A stretch of DNA of 64,000 bases from an uncultured Holophagales bacterium (GCA_963842525.1 CAWJGT010000001.1:672001-736000); one strand, 5' to 3'. Numbered from the stretch's first letter, positions 30,725 through 43,330 are shown. Translations and numbers: made by a program. Notes: a model not told the origin generated them from the sequence alone.

Positions 30725-30814
30725 ACGCCTAAGTATACACCCTCAACGCCTACATGCACGCCTGCGATTCGCGTGCGCCGCGATAGACTCCGGTACGACC
30801 GAATGGAGGAAGAA

Positions 30815-31114
30815 ATGGCCACAGAGATCGTGCATGTAATCGCCCTGTTCGTCGCCGCGCCGGGGAAGGAGGAGGAGCTCGAGCAGGTCCTCACGACGCT
30901 GGTGGAGCCGACCCGAAAGGAGGCGGGGTGCATCCGCTACGACCTGCTGCGCGGCTTCGGCAGCTCCGCCGCATTCGCCTTCATCGAGGAGTGGGAGAGC
31001 GCCGAGACGCTGGACGCCCACTCCAAGTCCGCCCACCTGAAGGAGGCGGGAACGAAGATCCCTGCCCTCGTCGGCGCCCCGGTGAGCGTCGAGCGCTACC
31101 GGCAGATCCGGTAG
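30815..31114 (+). CDS. Antibiotic biosynthesis monooxygenase (putative quinol monooxygenase) family protein
   Basis: PGKEEEL...LVEPTRKEAGCIRYDL...FIEEWES...H..SAH. GGAGG RBS. Confidence 0.88.
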   Translation: MATEIVHVIALFVAAPGKEEELEQVLTTLVEPTRKEAGCIRYDLLRGFGSSAAFAFIEEWESAETLDAHSKSAHLKEAGTKIPALVGAPVSVERYRQIR

Positions 31115-31293
31115 GGAGGGGCCTCGCCGGTCGGGTCAAGGGGAAAGTGCCTGCGCTCGTAGGCTTCTACCAGTGTAACCAGCACGTCGAGGCGCTCCCC
31201 CTCGGCAGAGCCGGGCTCGGCCGTCATGAGCGACTCGATCTCCTGGAGGGTCGCCCGATAGTCTTCGTCGGTCTTGATCGTCTTGATGTCCAT
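31096..31293 (-). pseudogene. HigA-like antitoxin N-terminal fragment (HTH and cognate toxin missing)
   Basis: MDIKTIKTDEDYRATLQEIESLMTAEPGSAEGERLDVLVTLVEAYERRHFP, then ends. Confidence 0.7.
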
Positions 31294-31374
31294 TCTCTTC
31301 CTCAAAACCCTCGAGGTCGGGCCGGTCCCTTCGCTGCGAGGCCATTACGCCCTTGCCGCAGTCCCACTATCTCT

Positions 31375-31671
31375 CTATGCAGGTCCCGGCTTCAGCTCGC
31401 TGCGGATAAAGCCAAGACCTTTCTCGAAGCTGACGATGAGCTTGCAACCGAGACTGGCCAGCTCGTCGTACACGCTCGGATTCGCGAAGCCCTTTGAGTC
31501 GCGGTTGAGGAAGCACTTTGGCCCCACAGGTGCGTCTTCGAGGTGAGACATTACAGACGCATAGACCACCGCGTCGGAAGGAGAGAGCGACAAGCGAAGC
31601 TCTTCCTGGCGCGCACGGGCAGCAATGGCGGCGGTTTCCAGCAAGAAGTTCGTTTCGGCGTAGACGATCAC
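31375..31671 (-). pseudogene. PIN-like protein with apparent internal deletion
   Basis: IVYAETNFLLE is joined directly to ...LSPSDAVVYASV...CFLNRDSKGFANP; GTGA overlap with the upstream gene. Confidence 0.6.
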
Positions 31672-32123
31672 GCAGCCATCTGCGCCTTGACCGTGCCGTT
31701 CCGGATGGAATCGAGAAGGCCCGAGTCCTCGAGCCACTTCGCGGCCCCTGGCTCAGGTTCGGCACCCGCAACCAATTCCGTCAACCAAGCGTAGACCAGC
31801 AGCTCGAAACCGTGCTCGCTCATCGTTTCGAGAAGGTTTGGGACCACACGAAGATAGGGCGCAAGAATGGCTGCCGTGTCACCCTCGAAATCGGGGGGTC
31901 TTTGCCCCTCAGGATCGGGTCTGCGCCATAGGTACAGGTGATCGCGCAGTGCGAGCAGGAAGTACTCGCTGCGCGGGATGGCCGCGTGGATGAAGAGGTT
32001 GTGAAGGAAACGACCGGCCCACTCGGGTGTAGGTGCGACGGTGTTCCTCGCCTCCACCACGAGCTGGACGCCACGATCGGGTCCTTCAACGACGAAATCT
32101 GCCCGGGGGCGGCTTTCTTCCAT
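31668..32123 (-). CDS. Hypothetical protein, possible PD-(D/E)XK-like fold
   Basis: RADFVVEGPDRGVQLVVEARN resembles the D...ExK motif; translationally coupled to the PIN gene. Confidence 0.55.
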   Translation of the reverse strand: MEESRPRADFVVEGPDRGVQLVVEARNTVAPTPEWAGRFLHNLFIHAAIPRSEYFLLALRDHLYLWRRPDPEGQRPPDFEGDTAAILAPYLRVVPNLLETMSEHGFELLVYAWLTELVAGAEPEPGAAKWLEDSGLLDSIRNGTVKAQMAA

Positions 32124-32142
32124 GGGGCTGATTATACTCTTC

Positions 32143-33110
32143 CTACGGCTTGTCCAGACCCAGCGCCCCGATATCGACCCGGTAGATGTCGCCCAAGCCG
32201 TTGCCCGGTCCGCTCAGGAGGCGGGAGAAGCTCGTCGTAGGTGAGGCGCTTTTCGAGCGGCTGGTCGGTGAAGCCGCGGGTGCTGGCGAAGAAAAGGTAC
32301 TTGCCGTCCGGAGAGAGACGGGGGCCGATCTCGGTGCTCGGGGTGTTGATCGGCGGGCCGAGGTTGCGGGCTGGCGTCCAGCCGCCGTCGCGAAGGGTGC
32401 TCGTCCAGAGGTCGCCCTGGCCCTGACCTCCGGACCGCGCGGCCATGAAGATCAGGGTGCGGCCGTCCGGCAGGATCAGCGGCTCGAACTCGTCCTGGGG
32501 GGAGTTGACCGCGTCGCCCAGGTTCTCCGGCTCGGCGTACCGGCCGTCTACGAGCCTCGCGCGGTAGAGGTCGGTCCTTCCTTTGCCGCCGGGGCGGTCG
32601 GAGCCGAAGTAGAGGGTGCCGTCCGCGGCCAGGGTCGGGAACCATTCATTGCCGGCCGAATTGACCGGTGCTCCCAGATTGCGCGGCTCGCCCCAGCCGG
32701 TCGCGGTCTTCTCGACGACCCAGATGTCGAGGTCCTCCTTCGGCTTGTTGTCGATCGGGCGGTTGGAGATGAAGTAGAGCTTCGTTCCGTCGGGCGTAAT
32801 GAAGGGGTCGGCGTCGCTGTAGCGGCCGGAGAACGGGGCCACCTCGGGCCGGGTCCAACGTCCTCCTTCGAAGCGCGAGAAGACGATCGTCCAGAAGTTG
32901 AATCGTCCGTCGCTCTTGAGGAAATAGAGGGTCAGGCCGTCCGGCGAAAACTGTGGGTGTGTCTCGTATTCGCCCGTCGGGATGCTCCCTGGCGCGAAGA
33001 CCTCCGGGACGGGGACCGGCCGGTCGGACGCCCACGGCTGGGTCTGTCGCCTGCACGACACTCGACCCGCCGGTGAGCAGGAGCAGCAGGGCAACCCGTG
33101 CGCGCTTCAA
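32143..33110 (-). CDS. Secreted PD40/TolB-like beta-propeller protein (two apparent indels)
   Basis: Repeated P.(F/I/L)(S/T)PDG.TLYF.S.R motifs. The signal peptide lies in the 33110 frame and the GNGLGDIY ending in a shifted frame. Confidence 0.8.
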
Positions 33111-33111
33111 G

Positions 33112-35475
33112 CTACCCTCCCGACTTCCTCCCCGCCAGGATGACCTCCCGGCCGGCCAGGTAGAGCAGCACGCAGAGGACCGCGAAGGGGATCAGCGCCA
33201 GGGCGTCCGCGGACGGCCCGCTGAAGAACGCGTTGGTGCGGTCCATGTACTGGGTGATCCGGTCGGTGAAGTCGGTCAGGGCAGCGGCCATGAAGGCGAT
33301 GACGATGCCGGCGATGGCGCCTCCCGCGATGTAGCCGGAGGCCATGAGGACGCCGGGGCTCTTGTCTCCTTCGGCGGCGAGCTCGTCTTCAGAGAGCTTG
33401 CGGTGCGCCAGCTTCTTGCGCAGGTGGAGGTCCACCAGCCAGCGGACCAGGCCTCCGGCCAGGATCGGTGTGGTGGACGAGATCGGCAGGTAGACCCCTA
33501 CGGCGAAGGCGAGGGACGGGATGCCCGACATCTCCAGGACCACCGCGATCATCACCCCAAGGAGGACCAGCCCCCAGGGCAGCTCGCGGTTGAGGATGCC
33601 CTTGATGATGTAGGACATCAGCGTCGCCTTCGGGGCGTCGAACTTGTCCACCCGTTGGCCGTTGGGCCGCGTGTCGTGGACGCCGTTGATGCCCGGGTCC
33701 ACCAGGTAGACAGGGGTGCCCTGGGCGTCGACCAGGTAGCGGCCGGCCGGGCCGCCCTGTTCGTCTGTCTTGTGCCAGACGCGATAGGTGCCTGGATCGT
33801 CGGCGGCCTGCGGACCTTTGAGCTTCTCCTCCTTCAACGTCGAGAGCACGGCGGCGGGGACCCGCAGCTCCGGCGCATAGCCCTGGGCCACGATCGTTCC
33901 GGTGGCACGGTCGGCGACCGGCACGTAGACCGTGCCCGAGTCGTTCAGGCGGAGCAGGATGGGCGCCAGGACCAGGGCCGAGGCGGCCGAGCCGAAGAGG
34001 ATTGCAATCTGTTGCGACCGCGGCGTGGCGCCTACCAGGAAGCCGGTCTTGAGCGACTGGGCGATGGTGCCGCCGTTGGAGGAGGCGATGCAGACGATGG
34101 CTCCCACCATCAGGGCCGTCACGTAGTAGCTCGGGCCGGTCCAGCCCAGGATGAGAAAAATCAGGCAGGTCAACAGCAGGGTCGCCACGGTCATGCCCGA
34201 GATCGGGTTCGACGACGAGCCGATCTCGCCCGTCAGGCGCGCCGAGACGGTGACGAAGAGGAAGCCGAAGGCGACGATGAGGATCGCTCCCAGCAGGTTC
34301 ATGTGCAGGGAGCGGAAGGCCAGGATCAGCGCCACCATCGCCAGGCTGCCGAAGACCACCACCTTCATGGAGAGGTCGCGGTCGGTACGCGGTATCGCGA
34401 CGGCGGTGGCCGCCGCGGCGTCCCGGCGCCCCTTGCCGACGTCCGAGAGGCCGCCGCGGATGCCATGCCAGATGGTGGGCAGCGAACGGACGAGGCTGAT
34501 GATGCCGCCCGCGGCCACGGCTCCGGCGCCGATGTAGAGGACGTAGGCGTCGCGGATGTCCTGCGGCCCCATCTGGCCGATGGGCATGGTACCGGGAGAG
34601 ATGACGCCAGGCGCCGCCGCGCCGAAGAACTTGATGGCCGGGATGAGCACCAGATAGGCGAGCACGCCGCCGGCGCACATGATCGAGGCGATCCGCGGGC
34701 CGATGATGTAGCCCACGCCGAGCAGCTCGGGCGAGATCTCGGCGGAGACCGAGCCGGCCGTGAACGGGGGGCCGAAAACTTTTTCCGGGATGTCCTTCCA
34801 GGCCTTGAAGGCCGCCATGGCGGTCTTGTAGAGGACGCCGATGCCGAACCCGGTGAAGATGGTGCGGGCGCCGAGGCCGGCTTCGTCGAGAGAGATCCCC
34901 GCGCCGTGGCGCGCCGCGAGGGCCCGCTCCTCGGGCGTGGCCGCGGCCTTGAGCACCTCGGCGCAGGCCGTGCCTTCCGGGAACTTGAGCAGGCCGTGCT
35001 GCTCGACGATCATGGCCCGCCGCAGCGGGATCATCATCAGGATCCCCAGCAGGCCACCGAGGAGCGAGACCAGGATCGCCCGTACGATGTCGAGGTCGAA
35101 GCCCAGGATGAGGACCGCCGGCATGGTCACGCCGATGCCGAAGGCGAGCGACTCGCCCGCCGAGCCGGCGGTCTGCACGATGTTGTTTTCGAGGATCGAG
35201 GCACCCCGCGTGCCCAGCTTCTGGAGGATGCGGAACAACGTCACCGCGATGACCGCGACCGGGATCGAAGCGCTCACCGTCAGGCCGACCTTGAGCACGA
35301 GGTAGAGAGAGGAGGCGCCGAACAGGGCGCCGAGCACCGTGCCCAGGATCAGGGGCAGGGGCGTCATCTCGGGGAGCTGGACCTCGGCCGGGATGAAAGG
35401 CCGGAAGACCGGTGTCGCCTCAGGCGTCGGAGCCAGCGGTTCGATCTGGTCGGGAAAGGCTTCTGGCGTGGCCAT
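33112..35475 (-). CDS. OPT-family oligopeptide transporter
   Basis: [49 protein letters not shown] and [11 protein letters not shown]. Confidence 0.93.
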   Translation of the reverse strand: MATPEAFPDQIEPLAPTPEATPVFRPFIPAEVQLPEMTPLPLILGTVLGALFGASSLYLVLKVGLTVSASIPVAVIAVTLFRILQKLGTRGASILENNIVQTAGSAGESLAFGIGVTMPAVLILGFDLDIVRAILVSLLGGLLGILMMIPLRRAMIVEQHGLLKFPEGTACAEVLKAAATPEERALAARHGAGISLDEAGLGARTIFTGFGIGVLYKTAMAAFKAWKDIPEKVFGPPFTAGSVSAEISPELLGVGYIIGPRIASIMCAGGVLAYLVLIPAIKFFGAAAPGVISPGTMPIGQMGPQDIRDAYVLYIGAGAVAAGGIISLVRSLPTIWHGIRGGLSDVGKGRRDAAAATAVAIPRTDRDLSMKVVVFGSLAMVALILAFRSLHMNLLGAILIVAFGFLFVTVSARLTGEIGSSSNPISGMTVATLLLTCLIFLILGWTGPSYYVTALMVGAIVCIASSNGGTIAQSLKTGFLVGATPRSQQIAILFGSAASALVLAPILLRLNDSGTVYVPVADRATGTIVAQGYAPELRVPAAVLSTLKEEKLKGPQAADDPGTYRVWHKTDEQGGPAGRYLVDAQGTPVYLVDPGINGVHDTRPNGQRVDKFDAPKATLMSYIIKGILNRELPWGLVLLGVMIAVVLEMSGIPSLAFAVGVYLPISSTTPILAGGLVRWLVDLHLRKKLAHRKLSEDELAAEGDKSPGVLMASGYIAGGAIAGIVIAFMAAALTDFTDRITQYMDRTNAFFSGPSADALALIPFAVLCVLLYLAGREVILAGRKSGG

Positions 35476-35497
35476 GGGTGGACCCTAACATAGGCGG

Positions 35498-35648
35498 GCC
35501 CCTCACCCCCCTGGCCCCCCTCTCCCATCCGCACTCACACCCACCCGGGAGAGGGGGGAAGAGAAACCACGATGGAAATTCCTGGGTGGGAGGCTCCCCT
35601 CTCCCGGAGGTCGGGAGTGCGGATGGGAGAGGGGCCGGGGGTGAGGGC
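35498..35648. repeat. Palindromic REP-like element (CCCTCACCCCC..GCCCC.CTCTCCC family), copy 1
   Basis: Terminal arms CCCTCACCCCCCTGGCCCCCCTCTCCCATCCGCACTC and GAGTGCGGATGGGAGAGGGGCCGGGGGTGAGGG are near-complementary. Confidence 0.8.
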
Positions 35649-35653
35649 TCCGT

Positions 35654-37715
35654 CTACATCATCGCGACCGGCGGCGCCGGCTCATCCGGGCTGCCCGCGT
35701 TGGCCAGGGGCACGCGGACCAGGACGAAGGCGATGAGCGCCATCACCACGAGCCCGAAGATGTACGACGGCGTCTCGAAGATCACGGGCAGCGGCCATTC
35801 GAAGAAGTTGAAGGTCGCGGTCCCCAGCCCGACGAGCGCCTCGCCGGCGATCAGGCCGGACGCCACCAGCACGCCGACGTTCTCCACGCGCGCCTTCTGG
35901 GCTTCGTTGAAGCCCTTGCGCTCGCGCATCCTGTCGGTCAGCCCGCGGATCATGCCGCCGACGAAGATCGCGAAGGTCGTGGCGAGCGGCAGGTACATGC
36001 CGACCGCGACGAGCATGGGGCTGCGCACCTTGAGCAGGATCATCGCGAACGCCCATGAGGATGCCGACAACCACGAGAGCCCAGGGCATGTCCCCGCCCA
36101 CGATCCCCTGGGCGAGCGATGCCATCAGCCCGGCCTGCGGCGCGGAAAGCTGGCGGTCGCCGAAGCCGATGCCCCCGGCCTTGATGTTGCCGAAGTGGAG
36201 GATCATCACCGGGAAGTACATGAGGAGGCTCGCGCAGACCACCGCGATCAGCTCGACGATCTGGATGGTCCGCGGTGTGCCGCCGAGGATGTAGCCGACC
36301 TTGAAGTCCTGGAGCAGCTCGCCGGCCACCGCCGACGATACGCAGACCACGGCCGCCACGCCGAGGACCGCCACGATGCCGCTCGCTCCCGACACGCCGA
36401 GCGAGACCATCAGCAAGGCCGCGATGATCAGCGTCGAGAGCGTGAGGCCGGAGATCGGGTTGTTCGAGGAGCCGATCAATCCGACGAGATAGCCGGACAC
36501 GGTGGCGAAGAAGAAGCCCGCCAGGAGCATCACGAGGGCGGCCACGATGGCTCCCATCACGAGGCCCGTCATGTAGACGTAGAGGAAGGTCATCAGGACG
36601 AAGACGACGGCGATCAGGAAGAAGACCGTGCGCGAGCTCATGTAGCGCTCGGTCCGCCCGACCTCGGCCTCGTGCACGGCCTTGCCTTTGAGCTCGGCGA
36701 AGGCCCGCGCGAGCCCTCCGAACAGGTTCTTCCGCATCCGGTAGAGCGTGTAGGCCGCGCCAACGAGCATCCCGCCGACGGCGATGGGCCGGACGATGAA
36801 GCGCCAGACGAGGAGGACGGTGCCGGCCCAGCTCTCGGTGTCCGAGCCCGGCGGGAGGAACGTCTGGAGCTGAGGGCCGAGAAGGAACATGAGGAGCGGC
36901 ACCATGAGGCCCCACGCGAGGACGCCGCCGGAGAAGTTGAGCGCCGCCAGCTCGGGGCCGATGATGTAGCCGACCCCGATATAGGCCGGGCTCACGCTGG
37001 GCGCCGCGAACGTGGTGACGCCTCCCGTGGTCAACGCGGGAGCGCCGGCGCCGGCGCCGGCGCCCAGCCGGATCTTGCTCAGCCCGGCGAGGGAGCCCAC
37101 CTTGATCAGGAGGTCCTTGTCCTGCGCGAACAGGCGGAGGACTCCGAGGATGTACACCAGCGCGCCGAAGCCCATGCTGTAGAAGAGGTACTTGGCCGCC
37201 TGGGCGCCGCGCTGTCCGGCCTTGTGGATCTCCGAAGCGGCCACCGACTCGGGGAACGGAAGCTCGCGGTCCTCGACCATCACGCGGCGCACCAGGGAGA
37301 CGAACAGGACGCCCAGGACGCTGCCGACCAGCATCAGCGCCGTGGATTTCCAGTAGGCGTCCTCCGGGGCGAAGGACGGCCACACACCGGCGATGACGAA
37401 GGCCGGCAGCGTGAAGATGGCACCGGCCGCGACGGACTCGCCGATCGAGCCCGCGGTCCGCGCGATGTTCTCTTCGAGGATCGACCCCTTCCGCAGGCGG
37501 AGGATCGCCATGCTGATCACCGCGGCCGGGTAGGTCGCGGCGATGGTCACCCCGGCGCGCAGGCCCAGGTAGGCGTTGGCCGCACCGAGCACGAGCGTCA
37601 TCACGAGGCCGAGGAACACGGCGCGGAACGTGAACTCCCGCATCGCGACGCTTTCGGGGACGAAAGGCTGATGGCGAGATCCGGCGGGTTGCTTGGACTC
37701 TTGATTCCCGTTCAT
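35654..37715 (-). CDS. OPT-family oligopeptide transporter (frameshift at ~36050)
   Basis: ANAYLGLRAG, FPESVAASEI, SSNNPISGLT and QDFKVGYILGGTP; the C-terminal TMs continue in the 35654-36070 frame. Confidence 0.9.
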
Positions 37716-37751
37716 CGGAGCCCTCAGGTTGGCGGTTTATGTGGCCGGGCG

Positions 37752-37780
37752 ACTTTACCGTGCAGGCCTGGGGCTGTCAA
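37752..37780 (-). promoter_or_regulatory. Sigma70 promoter of the OPT operon
   Basis: TTGACA(37780-37775)-N17-TAAAGT(37757-37752). Confidence 0.7.
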
Positions 37781-37797
37781 CGCGACACGCCCAGCCG
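37773..37797 (+). repeat. Left 25-bp direct repeat bounding the RiPP cassette
   Basis: GCTGTCAACGCGACACGCCCAGCCG; 24/25 identical to 39364-39388. Confidence 0.85.
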
Positions 37798-37891
37798 GGG
37801 AGAAACTCCGGCGTCTCCTCTTCGTATCCACAGGGGGAGCCTGCGGCCGTTGCTCTCGGATTGACAGGCCAGATGTGGAGATTGCCACGAT

Positions 37892-39025
37892 ATGCCCCGG
37901 AAGCGCGTCCTGATCGTCTCGTCGGCGGACGACCTGCATGCCAATGCCCTGGCGTACGCCCTGAAGAGGAAGGGCCACGGGTGCGAATGCCTGTTCACGC
38001 CGGATTTCCCGACCCTCCTCGCGATGTCGATGCGCCAGGATCCGGAGGACCGGGCAAGCCGGCTCCTCATGCGCGGGCACGGCATCACGGAGGACGACCA
38101 GAGCGAGCCGTTCGACACGATCTGGCTGCGCCGGCAGAAGGGCGCCTTCCTGCCTGAGGACATGCACCCGGGCGACAAGGAGATCGCGTCGTACCAGTGC
38201 GAGAGCTTCCTGGCGAGCGTGCTCGCCTTCCTCGATCGGGGACCGGGCACCTTCTGGGTGAACCCCATGTCGAGCGATCCGTGGGCTCGACAAAAGCCCT
38301 ACCAGTTGAGGAGCGCCGTCCGGGCGGGCCTGACGATCCCGGACACGCTCGTCAGCAACGATCCGGCCGAGATCCGGGCCTTCCTCCGCGAGCAGGGTGG
38401 CGTCGTCGCCCACAAACTGCTGGAAAATGCCGCCTGGATCTCCGGCGATGAAGAGCATGTGTTTGCCGCCTATACTGCTCCGGTCACAGCGGAGCAGCTT
38501 CCCGAGGACGCCGTGGTGCGGCTGTGCCCGGGCATTTTTCAACCTCTCCTGCAAAAGCGCTTCGAGGTCCGGGTCGCCTGCCTTGGAGATTTCCTTGTGG
38601 CCCTTCGCATCAACTCGCAAACGAATGATCGCGCGGCGACGGACTGGCGGGCGGGTCAGTTCAATATCGAGATGGAGCCGTACACCCTGCCGCAGGAGGT
38701 TGCAGAGGGCTGTCGCCGTCTGCTCAAGGGGCTCGGCCTGGCCTACGGAGCCATCGATTTCGTCGTGACCCCCGAGGGCGAGCACGTCTTTCTGGAAGTC
38801 AATCCCCAGGGGCAGTTCCTGTTTCTCGAAGACCGCGCGGGGTTGCCGCTCCTCGACATGTTCAGCGAGCTCCTCGTGGCAGGCACCCGGGAGTTCACCT
38901 GGCGCGATGACCATGAGGTGGTGCGCTTCGAGGAATTCCTGGAGTCGCGGAAAGAGACCTGGCCTGTCGAAGCCACCCAGCATGTCTATCCCCCCAGGCC
39001 CATAGGCGTGCCGGACATGGCGTGA
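37892..39025 (+). CDS. MvdC/MvdD-like ATP-grasp RiPP maturase (graspetide synthetase)
   Basis: DLHA, TIWLRR, FWVNP...KPYQL..A..AGLTIPDTLVSNDP, KRFEVRV, DWR, LGLAYGAIDFVVTPEG..VFLEVNPQGQFLFLE. Confidence 0.9.
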   Translation: MPRKRVLIVSSADDLHANALAYALKRKGHGCECLFTPDFPTLLAMSMRQDPEDRASRLLMRGHGITEDDQSEPFDTIWLRRQKGAFLPEDMHPGDKEIASYQCESFLASVLAFLDRGPGTFWVNPMSSDPWARQKPYQLRSAVRAGLTIPDTLVSNDPAEIRAFLREQGGVVAHKLLENAAWISGDEEHVFAAYTAPVTAEQLPEDAVVRLCPGIFQPLLQKRFEVRVACLGDFLVALRINSQTNDRAATDWRAGQFNIEMEPYTLPQEVAEGCRRLLKGLGLAYGAIDFVVTPEGEHVFLEVNPQGQFLFLEDRAGLPLLDMFSELLVAGTREFTWRDDHEVVRFEEFLESRKETWPVEATQHVYPPRPIGVPDMA

Positions 39026-39101
39026 GGAAAAGGAATGAGCGAGGACCTGCCCAGTATGTTCTGGGTGTGACGATAGGAGCCTCGATGAAGGAGGAAACGA
39101 A

Positions 39102-39272
39102 ATGAAGAATGAAGGACAGCGCCTGCTTTGCCGAAGCCTCGCCAAGGAGCTCAGCCCGGAAGAGCTGAAGATCGTGCGCGGCTCGGAGGACAACCAGGAC
39201 CCGGGTGGTAGTGGCGGTGGCGGCGGTCCGACCACCCTGGCGGTGACGGGCCTCGGCCATGAAGACAACTAG
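39102..39272 (+). CDS. Putative graspetide precursor peptide, 56 aa (absent from the ORF track)
   Basis: Strong AAGGAGG RBS; MKNEGQRLLCRSLAKELSPEELKIVRGSEDNQDPGGSGGGGGPTTLAVTGLGHEDN*. Confidence 0.8.
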   Translation: MKNEGQRLLCRSLAKELSPEELKIVRGSEDNQDPGGSGGGGGPTTLAVTGLGHEDN

Positions 39273-39304
39273 CCACTAGAGAAGTGAGAGCGGATTGCCG
39301 AAGC

Positions 39305-39339
39305 GCACCTGCGCCGCCCGCCGTATGCGGCGCAGGTGC
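39305..39339. terminator. 13-bp perfect hairpin after the precursor gene
   Basis: GCACCTGCGCCGC-N9-GCGGCGCAGGTGC; no U-tract. Confidence 0.5.
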
Positions 39340-39363
39340 CTACGGCTCTGGAGCACGCTTGGC

Positions 39364-39388
39364 GCTGTCAACGCGATACGCCCAGCCG
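39364..39388 (+). repeat. Right 25-bp direct repeat bounding the RiPP cassette
   Basis: GCTGTCAACGCGATACGCCCAGCCG. Confidence 0.85.
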
Positions 39389-39406
39389 CGGCGGACCAGA
39401 CCCCGG

Positions 39407-41023
<1,617 letters not shown>

Positions 41024-41026
41024 CCG

Positions 41027-42340
41027 TCACCTCGGTCGGTTCAGGGAAAGATAATCCACCAGGAGCCGCGCCATGGCCCGCATGCCCACCGCGACGGAGC
41101 TGTCGTCCGCCCGGAAGGTGGGTGTGTGCAATCCGCCGGATGTCGTGCCCGGTTTGACGACGCCGAGCCGGAAGTAGAAGCCCGGGACGACATTGGCGAA
41201 ATAGGCGAAGTCTTCGCCGGCCATGGTCGGATCGACGATCTTGACGTTGCCGGCCCCGAACGCCCGCTCGAGCAGAGGCCGGACCTTCTCGGTCAGCGCC
41301 GGATCGTTGACCGTGGCCGGCGCGTTGCGCTGGTACTCCATCTCGAAGGCGCCGCCGTTGGCGCGGGTGATCCCGTCCAGGATCTCGCGCATGCGGCGCT
41401 CCACTGTATTGCGGACGTCCTCTTTATAGGTGCGCACCGTGCCCTCGAGGAGGACTTCCCCTGGGATGATGTTGAACCGCTCGCCGCCGCGGACGATGCC
41501 GACGGTCAAGACGCTCGGCTCCAGGGCGGGCAGGGTGCGGGAGCGAATGGTCTGCAGGGCCAGGATGGCCTCCGCCGCCATGACCACCGGATCGATGGCC
41601 AGGTGGGGATAGGCGCCGTGCGCCTGCTTGCCCTGGATGCGGATGCGGAACTGGTCGACCGCGGCCATGGTCGGGCCGGGGTTGAAGCCGATCTGGCCGA
41701 CCTCCATGTCCGGGAAGGCGTGCAGGGCGAAGGCGGCCTCGGGCTTGCCGCCGGACCAGACGCCCTCTTCGAGCATCAGCTCGGCGCCGCCGCGCTCGCC
41801 CGGCGGCGGTCCCTCCTCGGCCGGCTGGAAGATGAACTGGATGGTGCCGGGGATCTGGTCCTTCATGGACGTCAGGACCGCGGCCACACCCAGCAGCGCG
41901 GAGGTGTGGATGTCGTGGCCGCAGGCGTGGGCCACGCCGACCTCCTGGCCGAGGAAAGTGTCCTTCTTGGTCGACCGGAACGGGAGGTCGGTCTGCTCGA
42001 TGACCGGCAGCGCGTCCATGTCGGCGCGGGCGGCAATGAGCGGGCCGGGCCGGCCGCCGCGCAGGACGGCGACGACGCCGGTCTTGGCGATGCCGGTCTT
42101 GACCTCCAGGCCGAGGCCGCGCAGGTAGTCGGCGACCAGCTTGGCGGTCTCGGTCTCGCGGTTGCTCAGCTCCGGATTCTGGTGGAGCTTGTGGCGGATC
42201 TCCACGATCTGCGGAGCCATCTGCTCGACAGCACGGTCGATCCGCGTCCCGAGATCGATCTGGGCTGCCGCGGCAGCCGGGATGGCGAACGCTCCGAGCA
42301 CCGCCAGCGCTGCGCGCCCGGTCCTCCAACGAGAGTGCAT
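41027..42340 (-). CDS. M20D-family amidohydrolase (secreted)
   Basis: LHQNPELSNRE, RADMDALP, HACGHD, FQPAEEG, GEDFAYF and LHTP. Confidence 0.92.
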   Translation of the reverse strand: MHSRWRTGRAALAVLGAFAIPAAAAAQIDLGTRIDRAVEQMAPQIVEIRHKLHQNPELSNRETETAKLVADYLRGLGLEVKTGIAKTGVVAVLRGGRPGPLIAARADMDALPVIEQTDLPFRSTKKDTFLGQEVGVAHACGHDIHTSALLGVAAVLTSMKDQIPGTIQFIFQPAEEGPPPGERGGAELMLEEGVWSGGKPEAAFALHAFPDMEVGQIGFNPGPTMAAVDQFRIRIQGKQAHGAYPHLAIDPVVMAAEAILALQTIRSRTLPALEPSVLTVGIVRGGERFNIIPGEVLLEGTVRTYKEDVRNTVERRMREILDGITRANGGAFEMEYQRNAPATVNDPALTEKVRPLLERAFGAGNVKIVDPTMAGEDFAYFANVVPGFYFRLGVVKPGTTSGGLHTPTFRADDSSVAVGMRAMARLLVDYLSLNRPR

Positions 42341-42494
42341 GCCTGCCTCCAAGCGAGGAGCGCCGGCCGCTCCACGTCCGGGAGCGACAGCGCGGGACGA
42401 AAAACCTGTGGAGTCTACACCGAAGTCCCGGCAGGTGCGGGAGGGAGGCGATTCATGGGGCGCTGTTGCTAGCCCGGCGATTCATCGCCGGGCT

Positions 42495-43151
42495 TTAATG
42501 CCCGCCGGCCGCGTCTCCCCAGACCTGCTGGAGACGCCGGTCACGGCCGCAGCTCGAGCGGTAGAAGTTGTACCGGATGGGGTTCTTCTTGTAGTAGTCC
42601 TGGTGGTACTCCTCGGCGGACCAGAACTTCGCGGCCGGCACGATCTGCGTGGCCACCGACTTGCCGAGCTTCTTCTCGACCTCCTGCTTCGAGGCCTCGG
42701 CCAGCCGCTTCTGCTCGTCGCCGTGGTAGAAGATGGCCGACCGGTACTGCTCGCCGGCGTCGCAGAACTGGCGGTTCACCGCGAACGGGTCGATGTTGTG
42801 CCAGAAGACGTCCAGGAGCTTCTGGTAGCTGACCTTCCTGGGGTCGTAGACCACCTGGACGGCCTCCGTGTGGCCGGTGCCGCCGGACGAGACCTCTTCA
42901 TAGCTCGGCTTGTCCTTGCGGCCGCCGGTATAGCCCGAGGTGGTCGAGGCCACGCCGTCCAGCTTGTCGTAGGGCGGCTCCATGCACCAGAAACAGCCGC
43001 CGGCAAAGGTGGCCACGGCGAGGCCGTTGGCCGGCTTCGGCGGCTGGGACGTCTGGGCGGGAACGGCCTGTGCGGTCCGTGGGCTCCAGAGCACCAGGAC
43101 GACGAGGCCGGCGAGGATCAGGATCAAGGCGAAGGTGGCTGCTGGTTTCAT
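42495..43151 (-). CDS. msrA: Peptide methionine sulfoxide reductase A (exported)
   Basis: FAGGCFWCME, GHTEAVQV, QYRSAIF and AEEYHQDYY; N-terminal signal peptide. Confidence 0.95.
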   Translation of the reverse strand: MKPAATFALILILAGLVVLVLWSPRTAQAVPAQTSQPPKPANGLAVATFAGGCFWCMEPPYDKLDGVASTTSGYTGGRKDKPSYEEVSSGGTGHTEAVQVVYDPRKVSYQKLLDVFWHNIDPFAVNRQFCDAGEQYRSAIFYHGDEQKRLAEASKQEVEKKLGKSVATQIVPAAKFWSAEEYHQDYYKKNPIRYNFYRSSCGRDRRLQQVWGDAAGGH

Positions 43152-43330
43152 AGGTTCTCCCACGATCGTCAAACCGCCCTGGAGCCCCCGGGATTCCGGG
43201 GCGCGGCTGTAACGCGCCGGCCGCGGGCGATCGCCGAAGATGCTACGGACGGTGCGTCGCCGCGGATTGCCGTGCCGGTGATATCGTTGTACCAGGCCAT
43301 TTTGCCAAGCCAGACCCTTGGAGAGCTCGC

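Noticed and set aside
33112-37715. OPT transporters as dedicated graspetide transport genes
   Set aside because: They lie outside the direct repeats, have their own promoter and are importers. The adjacency most likely reflects the insertion site.
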